Shown here piece after piece: positions 18,360 to 26,622 of a stretch of 64,000 bases of DNA. The first letter of the stretch is position 1. Each line of letters opens with the position of its first letter. This stretch comes from a bacterium. Lineage in GTDB: Bacteria; Elusimicrobiota; JBDRMW01; JBDROU01. The position numbers and the translations under genes are program-made. The stretch spans positions 6,515 to 70,514 of the forward strand of contig JBDROU010000067.1 in the NCBI GenBank assembly GCA_043809745.1. The letters are read 5' to 3'. Below the pieces are notes generated by a model, which had not been told where the DNA came from, did not search any database, and saw only the letters and a list, made by a program, of their open reading frames with translations.

Positions 18360-20192
18360 TTATTCAATCAAAATCTTTGGCGTAATGAAGACTAGTAATT
18401 CTGTTCTTTCTTTTAATGTGGATTTATTCTTAAATAGATAACCTAGAATAGGTAAATCCCCGAAAAATGGCACTTTTGATTCGTCTTTTGTTTCTTGTTC
18501 TCTAATTAAACCGCCAATAACCAAAGTTTCCCTGTTTTTAACTATAACGGTAGTTTCAGCTTTTCTTTGAGCGATTGACGGACCAGCTGAAGTCATTGAA
18601 CGAAGGCTGCTTACCTCTGGCAGTATTGCGAGTGTAATCCTATTATCAGCATTTATTGTTGGTGTGACTTCCAATTTAATGCCAACACTGGCAAAAACTG
18701 TTTCGCTAGTAACAACACCCTGCTCGCTTGTTACCTGAGTATAAGGTATCTGGTCTGTTACCTCGATCTTAGCCATCTTATTGTTTACTGTAGCAATTTT
18801 TGGGTTTGACAATATTTTAGCTCTGCCTTCTTTCATTAGAGCATTTAACTGCGCGCTTACAAATAAATCATCATTTATATAACCAACTTGCAGGCCTGTA
18901 TCACTAGAACCAGGAAGATTAACACCTGTTCCGGGCCCAAGAGTACTATTTGGAGCTATTGGTGTAATCCCATGAGCGGCTACAACCCCCCCGGGTGTAA
19001 GAGCTTTTGTACCCATAAGCACATTACCATCTGAATCTACTGTCTGTCCTATTAATATATCATCTCCTATATAATCCCCGTTTGAGTTAAATTGCTGAAC
19101 ACCCATTGACCCTGACCAAGAGATTCCTAAATTGAGTGAATCTTCGGTACTTACTTCAATCAGCTTTGCCTCTATCAAAACTTGTTTGGGTTTGGTATCC
19201 AGCTGAGTTGTCAGCCTTTCTATTGATGTTAATCCCTCGGGTGTATCAGTAACTATTAAAGAATTTGTCCTTGCATCTATCTCTATTGCGCCTTTTCTGC
19301 CTTCCGCTTGTCTAACGGCATCCAGATTCGTTTTAACGGCATCTGCATTAGCATAGTTTAAGCTTACAACCTTTGTAAAAGTTGCCGCTTTGGCGCGTTC
19401 TTCAGTGAGAGTTTGCGGTTTAAGTACGCGTAAAATATTCCCGCCAACTTGCTGTATAACTAACCCTTTAAGGCTAAGTATAGTTTCGAATGCTTCATTA
19501 AACGGCACATCTTCTAAATGTATTGTAAGCGATCCGGTAACATCGTCACCATAAATCATATTCGTCCCGCTTTTTGCGGAAAGCAATCTTAAAACATCCC
19601 TTATATCTGCCTGGTTGAAGTCAAGACTTACCTTTTCTTTCGGCAGTTTATCTATAAGAGGAATATCTTGTTTCTTTCTAACTATCTTTCCAGACCTACT
19701 ATTAAGAGAAGGTTTACTGCTAGCAGATTTTTTGGGCGCTTTAGACGCTACCGCAGCGCCTTCGATATCATCATCGATTGCGCTTTTTCCAGTTTCGTAC
19801 TGAGCATTGCCGTTAAATAACACCTGCAGCGTATTATCACTCTCTATGAATTCACCCTTAAAATCCTTATTCAAGTAAAACGTTATTCTGACGACAGGTT
19901 TCGGCCTCAACTTATACTGGCTTACCGCAATTTTCTTAATAATACCGTTATTCACATTCTGGCTTTTATACTCATAAATATTCAAACAATCCTTGAAATC
20001 AATGACCAGCATTTTGTCGGATGCTGATTCTGAGTATTTTGGAATTTCATCGAATGCCAAAACAACAGCATTTTCATTCAATATAACATCCCTAAATTCG
20101 GACGCTGATTTAGCATTCACAACACCCGGGAAACAATAAACTAATTGTCCCGCTAAAACAAAAATCATAAAACGTAAAATTTTATTTAACAT
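18360..20192 (-). CDS. pilQ: type IV pilus secretin PilQ
   Basis: Signal peptide, an N-terminal AMIN-like domain, N0/N1 domains and a C-terminal secretin domain (...VPFFGDLPILGYLFK...LLVFITPKIL). Follows pilMNOP. Confidence 0.9.
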   Translation of the reverse strand: MLNKILRFMIFVLAGQLVYCFPGVVNAKSASEFRDVILNENAVVLAFDEIPKYSESASDKMLVIDFKDCLNIYEYKSQNVNNGIIKKIAVSQYKLRPKPVVRITFYLNKDFKGEFIESDNTLQVLFNGNAQYETGKSAIDDDIEGAAVASKAPKKSASSKPSLNSRSGKIVRKKQDIPLIDKLPKEKVSLDFNQADIRDVLRLLSAKSGTNMIYGDDVTGSLTIHLEDVPFNEAFETILSLKGLVIQQVGGNILRVLKPQTLTEERAKAATFTKVVSLNYANADAVKTNLDAVRQAEGRKGAIEIDARTNSLIVTDTPEGLTSIERLTTQLDTKPKQVLIEAKLIEVSTEDSLNLGISWSGSMGVQQFNSNGDYIGDDILIGQTVDSDGNVLMGTKALTPGGVVAAHGITPIAPNSTLGPGTGVNLPGSSDTGLQVGYINDDLFVSAQLNALMKEGRAKILSNPKIATVNNKMAKIEVTDQIPYTQVTSEQGVVTSETVFASVGIKLEVTPTINADNRITLAILPEVSSLRSMTSAGPSIAQRKAETTVIVKNRETLVIGGLIREQETKDESKVPFFGDLPILGYLFKNKSTLKERTELLVFITPKILIE

Positions 20193-20291
20193 TTCTTTTC
20201 AACCCCCTCATCCATTAAGGAAAAAAATTCAGCAAATTCTCCGCACTTATATATATTTTTCATAATCACGATCCCAGTAATTAAATTATCT

Positions 20292-20765
20292 TTACTCATA
20301 AAGTTTTATCTCCCTCGTATCACCGTCTTCTGTTTCAATAACTACACTTTCATCTTTGCATACACCGGCTACACCAGGTATTACCCTTCCTTTAAGGTCT
20401 ATCAATTTCATATTCTTAAGGAAGTACGTATTGCCTGCAGTATCTACCAGCAATGCAATAGTTTTTTTATCCTCTTTAATGAACCCCTTAAATTGCAGTG
20501 AGGCAGGATCGATCCCAACATCGTAATTATCTTTCTGAACTATTACTATGTTAGACTGATCAAGCGGAATAAACGGGTCCTGAAACTTAATTCCTTCGTA
20601 TACAAATCTCTTTATCTCTTGCTTTGGAGGTAATGTTAGCGACGGCAAATCAACATTTGACTTTTTATTTAAATCATACTTTGGCCTAGGCGGTATCTGC
20701 GTGCAAGATGAAACTACTAAACCCGCTGAAATTAAAAAGACTATGGTTCTGGCTCTAAATAGCAT
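20292..20765 (-). CDS. pilP: PilP-like pilus assembly lipoprotein
   Basis: Starting at the ATG at 20765 gives MLFRARTIVFLISAGLVVSSC, a lipobox-type signal, followed by an FQDPFIPL motif. It lies between pilO and pilQ. The longer ORF reaching 20810 overlaps pilO and is unlikely. Confidence 0.7.
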   Translation of the reverse strand: MLFRARTIVFLISAGLVVSSCTQIPPRPKYDLNKKSNVDLPSLTLPPKQEIKRFVYEGIKFQDPFIPLDQSNIVIVQKDNYDVGIDPASLQFKGFIKEDKKTIALLVDTAGNTYFLKNMKLIDLKGRVIPGVAGVCKDESVVIETEDGDTREIKLYE

Positions 20766-20773
20766 ATATAATC

Positions 20774-21319
20774 CTACTGCAGCATAAATGTAACAACTTG
20801 CAGGGTGCAAGCAACCGTATCGCCTGAACCTTCCTTTATCGAACTGTCCCTTATAGCTAGATCTCTTGAGGATATTATCCTTTCAGTTTGATTAATCGTA
20901 TTAATAAAGTGCGCAACTGAATGATAACTACCCGCGAGCTCAATCCCGTACACGAGTTCTGTATAATACTGTTTAACATCCGGTTTTAACGGCTGAAAAC
21001 TCTTAATTATAACACCATTTGATTGCGAAACTTCAGTCAAATATCTTATTAAGCTAGCCACTTCTTCTTTACTTGGCAACTGTTTTTCGGATTCCCCTAA
21101 TTCCAATCTAAGTATTTCAATTTTTCTTACTAAGAGTTCCTCCTGTCCTACCCTACTGCTCAGCTCCTCGATTTTGGAGTACACTTCTTTTAACTTACCA
21201 ACTTTTTCGCCAACTTCCTTGTTAAGAGGCATATATACAAAGTAAAAAAAAGCAAAAATGCCACCAATTATAATAAATACACCCGCAATTAAATTTTGTT
21301 GTTCTTTACCGATTGCCAT
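20774..21319 (-). CDS. pilO: type IV pilus assembly protein PilO
   Basis: 181 aa with a single N-terminal TM helix, a coiled coil and a ferredoxin-like C-terminus. Synteny is pilM-N-O-P-Q. Confidence 0.75.
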   Translation of the reverse strand: MAIGKEQQNLIAGVFIIIGGIFAFFYFVYMPLNKEVGEKVGKLKEVYSKIEELSSRVGQEELLVRKIEILRLELGESEKQLPSKEEVASLIRYLTEVSQSNGVIIKSFQPLKPDVKQYYTELVYGIELAGSYHSVAHFINTINQTERIISSRDLAIRDSSIKEGSGDTVACTLQVVTFMLQ

Positions 21320-21874
21320 TTAAACCTTCTTGTAAATTAATCTTAAAGTGAAGCTATAAGTTATCCTGTTCTCAAGAATTGTTGTGCTTATCCTTCCAAG
21401 TTCATTTACATTAAAACGATTTGATTCGTCGAGAGTGGTTAACCAATCCGCTATAGAAAATGCCGAAAATGCTTTTGCGGTAACATCAAAAGCTACTGAA
21501 TTATCAGGATTTGTTTTTGTTGTTATATTTTGAACCCATATTTTTCCGGGCAGCAGTGAAACAAAATCATACATAAAAACAGAGTATAGCAATCGATTTT
21601 CAATTAAGCTTGATATAACACCTTTGCGTTTTTCTAATAAACCTTGATCAGTTTTAAGTTTTTTAATTTTTTCATCCAGCATCTGAAAGCTCTTCAAATC
21701 TTTTTCTGCCAGCTGTAATTCTGTATCGAGCCTTTTATCTGTTATAAATTTCGAAGCGTACAGAGCAAACAAAGCTCCGATAACTACAGCAGCTGCAACT
21801 ATGGCTATTAAAATCAAATCACCTTTTGACTCTTCCTGCTGAACCTCTAAAGGTATAAGGTTAATTTTTATCAT
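21320..21874 (-). CDS. pilN: type IV pilus assembly protein PilN
   Basis: Starts MIKINLIPLE (the INLLP-type motif that binds PilM), followed by a single TM helix. Overlaps pilM by 4 nt. Confidence 0.8.
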   Translation of the reverse strand: MIKINLIPLEVQQEESKGDLILIAIVAAAVVIGALFALYASKFITDKRLDTELQLAEKDLKSFQMLDEKIKKLKTDQGLLEKRKGVISSLIENRLLYSVFMYDFVSLLPGKIWVQNITTKTNPDNSVAFDVTAKAFSAFSIADWLTTLDESNRFNVNELGRISTTILENRITYSFTLRLIYKKV

Positions 21875-23007
21875 ATTATGCTATCCCCGGATTTTCTTGT
21901 AGCTAAACCTAAAGCAATTACGAAACTAGAAGCGATGTCGCTCGGAATTTTGTCCGCACCCCTTATTCTCAAGAAAGGGTTTAATGCTTCAACCGGCATT
22001 TTCAACTCTTGAGAAAAGAAGTTGCTAATATTCTTTAACTTTGAAGTCCCTCCGCAAAGCAAAATTCTATTGATTGTTTTATCAGAACCCTGCGATAAAT
22101 AAAAATCCAACGATCTCTGAACTTCAGAAATTATGTCTTTTAGCACCGGAAACATTATATTTGATATCTGTATTGATTCTTTATTATCCTCTGACAACGC
22201 CCTGTCTTTATCTTCAACTGTTACTAATATACCATACTTCTTCTTTAAATCTTCTGCTTCCTGAAAAGAGCATTGAAGGTTTTTTTGCAGCACCTTTGTT
22301 ATGGAATTCCCGGAAATGAAAACATCCCTAACCACCCTTGAAATCCCATTTTCTATAATCGTCATATTAGTTACGCTTGCTCCGATATTGACTATTAACA
22401 CTGTTTCCGGCAAATTTGAGTCGTGAATGCATTCATAAGCGCTTTCCAGCGCAAAAGAATCCACGTCAACTACTGAAGGTTTTAATCCAACAGATTTCAA
22501 AATATTTATTTTAGAATAAATAAAATCACTCTTAGCGGCCACAAGCACCGTTTCCATCTTTTTTTGTCCTTCATCAATTACATCATTTAGTATATGGAAA
22601 CTGATATTCACATCCCTTATATCAAATGGTATATAAGGCTCGGCTTCAAACTGAATTGATAATTTTAGGTCTTGAGGCGATAGTTTGGGAAATTTAACAT
22701 ATCTGACTATTACAGAATTTCCTGATATTGAAGTAGCAACCTTTTTATTAGCTAAAGCGTGTTCTTTGACTATCTGCTTTAATGTTTTAATGACTTCTTC
22801 TTTCCTGCTCTCTGTAGAAACTTCTTGAGATCCATTAGAACCTATAGTTTCTATCCCCCATTTTTGAACCGAATACTTACCAGGAGAACCCTTTAGGAAA
22901 AGGAACTTTATTGTAGAAGAACCTATATCTACACCCACAAGCTCTTTGGCTCTTAAAAAAGAGAGATTCAGATTTTTTAAATTAAAACCTTTCGCATCAC
23001 TTGCCAT
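21871..23007 (-). CDS. pilM: type IV pilus assembly ATPase-like protein PilM
   Basis: 378-aa actin/HSP70-fold protein with VGVDIGSSTIKF and LCGGTSKL phosphate-binding motifs. Confidence 0.9.
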   Translation of the reverse strand: MASDAKGFNLKNLNLSFLRAKELVGVDIGSSTIKFLFLKGSPGKYSVQKWGIETIGSNGSQEVSTESRKEEVIKTLKQIVKEHALANKKVATSISGNSVIVRYVKFPKLSPQDLKLSIQFEAEPYIPFDIRDVNISFHILNDVIDEGQKKMETVLVAAKSDFIYSKINILKSVGLKPSVVDVDSFALESAYECIHDSNLPETVLIVNIGASVTNMTIIENGISRVVRDVFISGNSITKVLQKNLQCSFQEAEDLKKKYGILVTVEDKDRALSEDNKESIQISNIMFPVLKDIISEVQRSLDFYLSQGSDKTINRILLCGGTSKLKNISNFFSQELKMPVEALNPFLRIRGADKIPSDIASSFVIALGLATRKSGDSII

Positions 23008-23050
23008 AAAAACTCAATACAAGACAAATCTTATTTAACTGCTTAATTTT

Positions 23051-23079
23051 AGAATAATTCATTTATTAAAAGTTGTCAA
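23051..23079 (-). promoter_or_regulatory. sigma70-type promoter for pilMNOPQ
   Basis: The minus strand reads TTGACA (23079-23074), a 17-nt spacer, then TATTCT (23056-23051). It sits directly after the terminator at 23081-23127 and about 45 nt upstream of the pilM ATG. Confidence 0.45.
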
Positions 23080-23080
23080 G

Positions 23081-23127
23081 AAAAAAACCGAGAAAACATT
23101 AGAATAATCATTCTAATGAATCTCGGC
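23081..23127 (-). terminator. rho-independent terminator after the HAMP-protein gene
   Basis: Minus-strand RNA: GCCGAGA-UU-CAUUAGAAU-GAUU-AUUCUAAUG-UUU-UCUCGGU followed by U7 (A7 on the plus strand at 23081-23087). Confidence 0.75.
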
Positions 23128-23196
23128 TTTTATCGCTTCTATCTTAATTCTAACGAATTAAGCTTATTTGTCAAGGGATAAATTTCTGCAACAAAT

Positions 23197-23784
23197 TCAC
23201 AACTTAAATTGAACTGGAGAAGTATAGCTTTCTTTATATAATCTATTCAGCAAATTAACGATATTATCTCTCGATTCCTCAGAAAATGGTTTTTTGTCCA
23301 ATTCTAGAAGCGTATTCTTTATTGTAAACTGCACTTTTTCCCTGAAGTTATCATCACTGATTAACCGCGTTTTTAATGAGTTAACAAACTCATTAAGGGC
23401 CCAAGAAAGCTCCTTGAATTCATCATTTTCTCTCAAAGCAAATATTTTTGTTAAGTCGGATTCATTTGCCATAGTTATTATATCTTTAGACAACCTATAC
23501 ATCGGCCCTGCAATCCTATGAGTAAAGTATATAGATAGTAATATAACCACAAATATAAAGCTTAGAATCTTTATCCAAAAAAATGTCAAATCATGAAACA
23601 ATTTTTCTTTTATTCCAGAGGTAAGTTCAAAATATGGGACATAGAATTTCAAAGAATGAAACATATCATATGCAAAGAAAGTCAAAAAAAACAGCACAAC
23701 CATAACTAATATCATCGCATATTTTAGCTGAAAGCGCCTATTGATTAATATACGCCTCCTATTATGCAGAGATATATTATTCAT
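23197..23784 (-). CDS. small two-TM protein with HAMP-like linker, no output domain
   Basis: 195 aa: RRRILINRRFQLKY, TM1, a loop of about 30 aa, TM2, then THRIAGPMYRLSKDI...EFKELSWALNEFVNSL (HAMP-like amphipathic helices). Located between pilD and pilM. Confidence 0.55.
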   Translation of the reverse strand: MNNISLHNRRRILINRRFQLKYAMILVMVVLFFLTFFAYDMFHSLKFYVPYFELTSGIKEKLFHDLTFFWIKILSFIFVVILLSIYFTHRIAGPMYRLSKDIITMANESDLTKIFALRENDEFKELSWALNEFVNSLKTRLISDDNFREKVQFTIKNTLLELDKKPFSEESRDNIVNLLNRLYKESYTSPVQFKL

Positions 23785-23836
23785 ATCTCCTCCTTTTTCA
23801 CGAATTTCAATTAATAACAGCTGCTAATACCAAATG

Positions 23837-23866
23837 ATTATACCTAATAAATTTTGCTTTTAGCAA
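23837..23866 (-). promoter_or_regulatory. possible sigma70 promoter for the HAMP-protein gene
   Basis: The minus strand reads TTGCTA (23866-23861), an 18-nt spacer, then TATAAT (23842-23837). A strong AAGGAGGAG Shine-Dalgarno precedes the ATG at 23784. Confidence 0.35.
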
Positions 23867-23941
23867 TAAGTATTATTTGAGTTTCTTTGCGTTATGTTGG
23901 AAATTAATTTGTTTGGTAAGTATCAGATTTGGCTGCAATAA

Positions 23942-24772
23942 TTAATTAAAAAACATTTGAATAAAATAGATGTTTTCAAGCATTTTGCTAAAAAGCAAAT
24001 ATGATACAGCCCCTGCTGATAAAAATGGTCCAAACGCAAAAGGAATATTTTTATCCCTGTGTTTTATTAAGATCACAAAAAGCATTATTGCCAAACCGTA
24101 AAGAGAAGAAAAGAATAATGTAATCAAAACACCTTTCCATCCAATGAATGTCCCTATACCGGCTAAAAGTATAGGGTCTCCCCCTCCTAATGCTTCTTTT
24201 CTTATTATTTGCTTTGTAACCCAACCTATCGCAAATAGGAGCGTCCATCCGAATACCATAGAGATTGAAGAGTTAATAATCCTTATGGAAATGGTATCGC
24301 CTAAAAGTGAATTAAAGAGAGATGTTGATAAGCCTACTATTATCAGCGGGATTGACAAACTAAATGGAATTATTTGATGAAAATAGTCAATGCCTGAAAT
24401 TATCAATAGCAATACAAAAAATACAATGAAGGTAATTAACAGTAATGGTTCGTTTGCATATCTAGGAACCAGTAAAACTAAAACGACACCGGAAATAAGT
24501 TCAACTATAGGATATTGACAGGATATTTTTTGAGAGCAAAATCTGCATCTCCCTTTTAGGATTATGAAGCTTAAAATTGGTATGTTATCATACCAAATAA
24601 GAGGCTTTTTACAGTTGGGGCATAGCGATTTAGGTTTAATTATTGATTTATCTAAAGGAATCCTAAATATACATACGTTCGCAAAACTTCCCAATGAAAC
24701 ACCAAAAATGAAGAAAATTAAATATAGTATCAATTTGCTTATTAAAAAATACAAAAGACGGATATTAAACAA
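23942..24772 (-). CDS. pilD: prepilin peptidase / N-methyltransferase (A24 family)
   Basis: Contains GSFANVCIFRIP, a CPNC...CRFC cysteine pairs motif and an ALGGGDPILL (GxGD) active-site motif. No ATG is available near the 5' end; the candidate starts are TTG at 24772, 24754 or 24733. Confidence 0.85.
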   Translation of the reverse strand: MFNIRLLYFLISKLILYLIFFIFGVSLGSFANVCIFRIPLDKSIIKPKSLCPNCKKPLIWYDNIPILSFIILKGRCRFCSQKISCQYPIVELISGVVLVLLVPRYANEPLLLITFIVFFVLLLIISGIDYFHQIIPFSLSIPLIIVGLSTSLFNSLLGDTISIRIINSSISMVFGWTLLFAIGWVTKQIIRKEALGGGDPILLAGIGTFIGWKGVLITLFFSSLYGLAIMLFVILIKHRDKNIPFAFGPFLSAGAVSYLLFSKMLENIYFIQMFFN

Positions 24773-24784
24773 TATCCGTCTTTT
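24744..24784 (-). terminator. rho-independent terminator after pilA
   Basis: Perfect 14-bp palindrome AAAAGACGGATATT / AATATCCGTCTTTT (24753-24766 / 24771-24784) with a 4-nt loop. On the minus strand it is followed by UUUUGUAUUUUUU. Confidence 0.8.
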
Positions 24785-24806
24785 GTAAAACTAAAAACTT
24801 ACACTA

Positions 24807-25226
24807 CTAATACAAAGTCCAAACACTGCTCTTTGTATCCCAATGAAGACAGTCAACATAGAGTTCACCATAAGTGTCCGCAGTGTTATCATTATCGTAA
24901 AACCATGCACCTCCCTCTGCCCAAGCATTTGTTACGGCAGTAGTACGCGGATGTCTGGTTGGGGTATAGCAGATAGGAACTCTATCAAGATACTTATGAT
25001 ACGCGGTAAGAGAAGCTAACTCCCCATCTATGGGATACCATCCTTCAACATCAGCATAATAAATCGATAATGCTGATCTTACTGATCCCAGCGCACCTTT
25101 TGTCGCTCCTTCATTGGATCTCGTGATTAAGTCTGCGAATTTCGGTAAAGCAACAGCAGCCAGAATACCAATAATTGCAACTACAATCATCAGCTCAATC
25201 AACGTAAATCCTTTTAGTTTTTTCAT
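24807..25226 (-). CDS. pilA: type IVa major pilin
   Basis: Starts MKKLKG|[24 protein letters not shown], with a class III signal peptide, Phe+1 and Glu+5. 139 aa with two C-terminal-half Cys residues, consistent with a D-region disulfide. Strong AAAGGAGGTGAGG Shine-Dalgarno. Confidence 0.95.
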   Translation of the reverse strand: MKKLKGFTLIELMIVVAIIGILAAVALPKFADLITRSNEGATKGALGSVRSALSIYYADVEGWYPIDGELASLTAYHKYLDRVPICYTPTRHPRTTAVTNAWAEGGAWFYDNDNTADTYGELYVDCLHWDTKSSVWTLY

Positions 25227-25268
25227 ATTTCCTCACCTCCTTTCGTTAAAACATTGCCGTCTATCATA

Positions 25269-25297
25269 AGTCTAATACTAAACATATGCATTGTCAA
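25269..25297 (-). promoter_or_regulatory. sigma70-type promoter for pilA
   Basis: The minus strand reads TTGACA (25297-25292), a 17-nt spacer, then TAGACT (25274-25269). I found no GG-N10-GC sigma54 element in the pilC-pilA gap. Confidence 0.45.
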
Positions 25298-25381
25298 GGG
25301 AATTTTTTTCACAACTGATTTTAATGCATTTTATAGGTCAAACTTAAGTACCCTATAAAAAACATTAAATTATGGACCAAA

Positions 25382-26611
25382 TTAGCCGCCCCTCGAAGCA
25401 AGCTCACCCAATTCAAACATTGGCAGAAACATCGCTACAACTATCGCTCCAATTATAACTCCCATAACAACAATAACCAAAGGTTCTATCATGCTTGTTA
25501 AACCTTTTATTGCCACATCCACTTCACCATCATAGAAGTCAGCAATTTTGTTAAGCATGGTATCTAAATTTCCTGTTTCTTCACCAACCGCTATCATCTG
25601 GGTAACCATTGGAGGAAAGACACCGGATTTTTTAAGCGGGTCAGCTATTCTTTCACCTTCCCTGACAGATTCACGCGCGTTGTTTATGGCTTCTTCAATG
25701 ATTTTATTTCCAGATGTTTTTGCTACCGTATCCATAGCTTGTAAAATCGGCACCCCGGATTTAACAAGGGTTGCCAGAGTTCTTGTAAATTTTGCAACGG
25801 CTACTTTCCTAAGTATGATGCCAAACATAGGTAATTTTAATGTTATATCATCCAATCGGTATTTGAATTTTTCAACTTTATTCAATTGCTTAAATATGAA
25901 GAACAATGCTATCGGGAAAGGGATAATAAGCAAAATATATTTCCTGATCATATCGGAAAGGTTGATTAGGATTTGGGTTGGCAACGGCAATTCCGCGCCA
26001 AAATTTTTAAAAATGTCCTTAAATGTCGGGATTACAAAAGCAAGAAGAAATACTGTTACACCTCCTGCAATAATCGAAACGATCAAAGGATACATCATCG
26101 CACCCTTTACTTTTTGCCTTAGCGATTCAGCCGCTTCCAGATATGTAGACAATCGCTCCAGAATGATGTCCAATATACCGCCTACCTCTCCAGCTTTTAC
26201 CATTGAACAATATAATTCAGTGAATGCATCCGGATGTTTCCTCAACGCATCAAATATAGATTGACCTCCTTCAATATCCTCCTGGACTTTACTTACAACT
26301 TTATTAAATACCGGATTATCTATCTGTTCGGTTAATATCGACAAACCCTGGACAATTGGCACACCCGCGGATACCAATGTGGAAAGCTGTCTGGAAAAAA
26401 GCACTAAATCTTTGGAGTTTACTTTTTTTTTGAAAATATTGACCGAATCTAAGAATTGATCAAAAGGATTTTTCCTGGCTTCGTTTATTTCTAGAATAAT
26501 GTATTTCTGACCGCGCAGTTTATCGATAGCCGCACGCTGTTCATTCGCTTCAATAACGCCGCTGAGCACCGATCCGCTCGTGTTTCTTACCCTATACGCA
26601 AACTCAACCAT
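25382..26611 (-). CDS. pilC: type IV pilus platform protein PilC
   Basis: 409 aa with a duplicated T2SS-F domain and three TM segments. Lies between pilT and pilA. Confidence 0.9.
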   Translation of the reverse strand: MVEFAYRVRNTSGSVLSGVIEANEQRAAIDKLRGQKYIILEINEARKNPFDQFLDSVNIFKKKVNSKDLVLFSRQLSTLVSAGVPIVQGLSILTEQIDNPVFNKVVSKVQEDIEGGQSIFDALRKHPDAFTELYCSMVKAGEVGGILDIILERLSTYLEAAESLRQKVKGAMMYPLIVSIIAGGVTVFLLAFVIPTFKDIFKNFGAELPLPTQILINLSDMIRKYILLIIPFPIALFFIFKQLNKVEKFKYRLDDITLKLPMFGIILRKVAVAKFTRTLATLVKSGVPILQAMDTVAKTSGNKIIEEAINNARESVREGERIADPLKKSGVFPPMVTQMIAVGEETGNLDTMLNKIADFYDGEVDVAIKGLTSMIEPLVIVVMGVIIGAIVVAMFLPMFELGELASRGG

Positions 26612-26622
26612 CTCTGCCTCCT

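Noticed and set aside
20766-20810. Upstream extensions of pilP (to 20810), fabH (1968-2024), the Gfo/Idh/MocA gene (39560-39586) and lpxC (42590-42595) given by longest-ORF calling.
   Set aside because: Each extension overlaps the preceding gene and removes the normal N-terminus or signal peptide. The internal start codons have better Shine-Dalgarno spacing or give typical family N-termini.
24051-24248. 65-aa minus-strand ORF in an alternative frame inside pilD.
   Set aside because: It is fully nested in the prepilin peptidase gene, has Arg- and Cys-rich out-of-frame composition and no ribosome-binding site.
25227-25381. Sigma54 (-24 GG / -12 GC) promoter upstream of pilA, as in many proteobacteria.
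   Set aside because: The only near match, TGGTCC-N5-TTAAT, lacks the -12 GC. A TTGACA-N17-TAGACT sigma70-type arrangement fits better.
25548-26264. 238-aa plus-strand ORF, with similar long plus-strand ORFs at 1609-2040, 6569-7051, 13950-14354, 28193-28528, 34949-35314 and 42179-42505.
   Set aside because: All lie antisense inside minus-strand genes with unambiguous family motifs (pilC, fabH, wecA-like, UPF0104, pilB, thiG, lpxC). Their translations are low-complexity with no recognisable motifs or Shine-Dalgarno sequences. They are shadow ORFs of the kind expected in AT-rich DNA.
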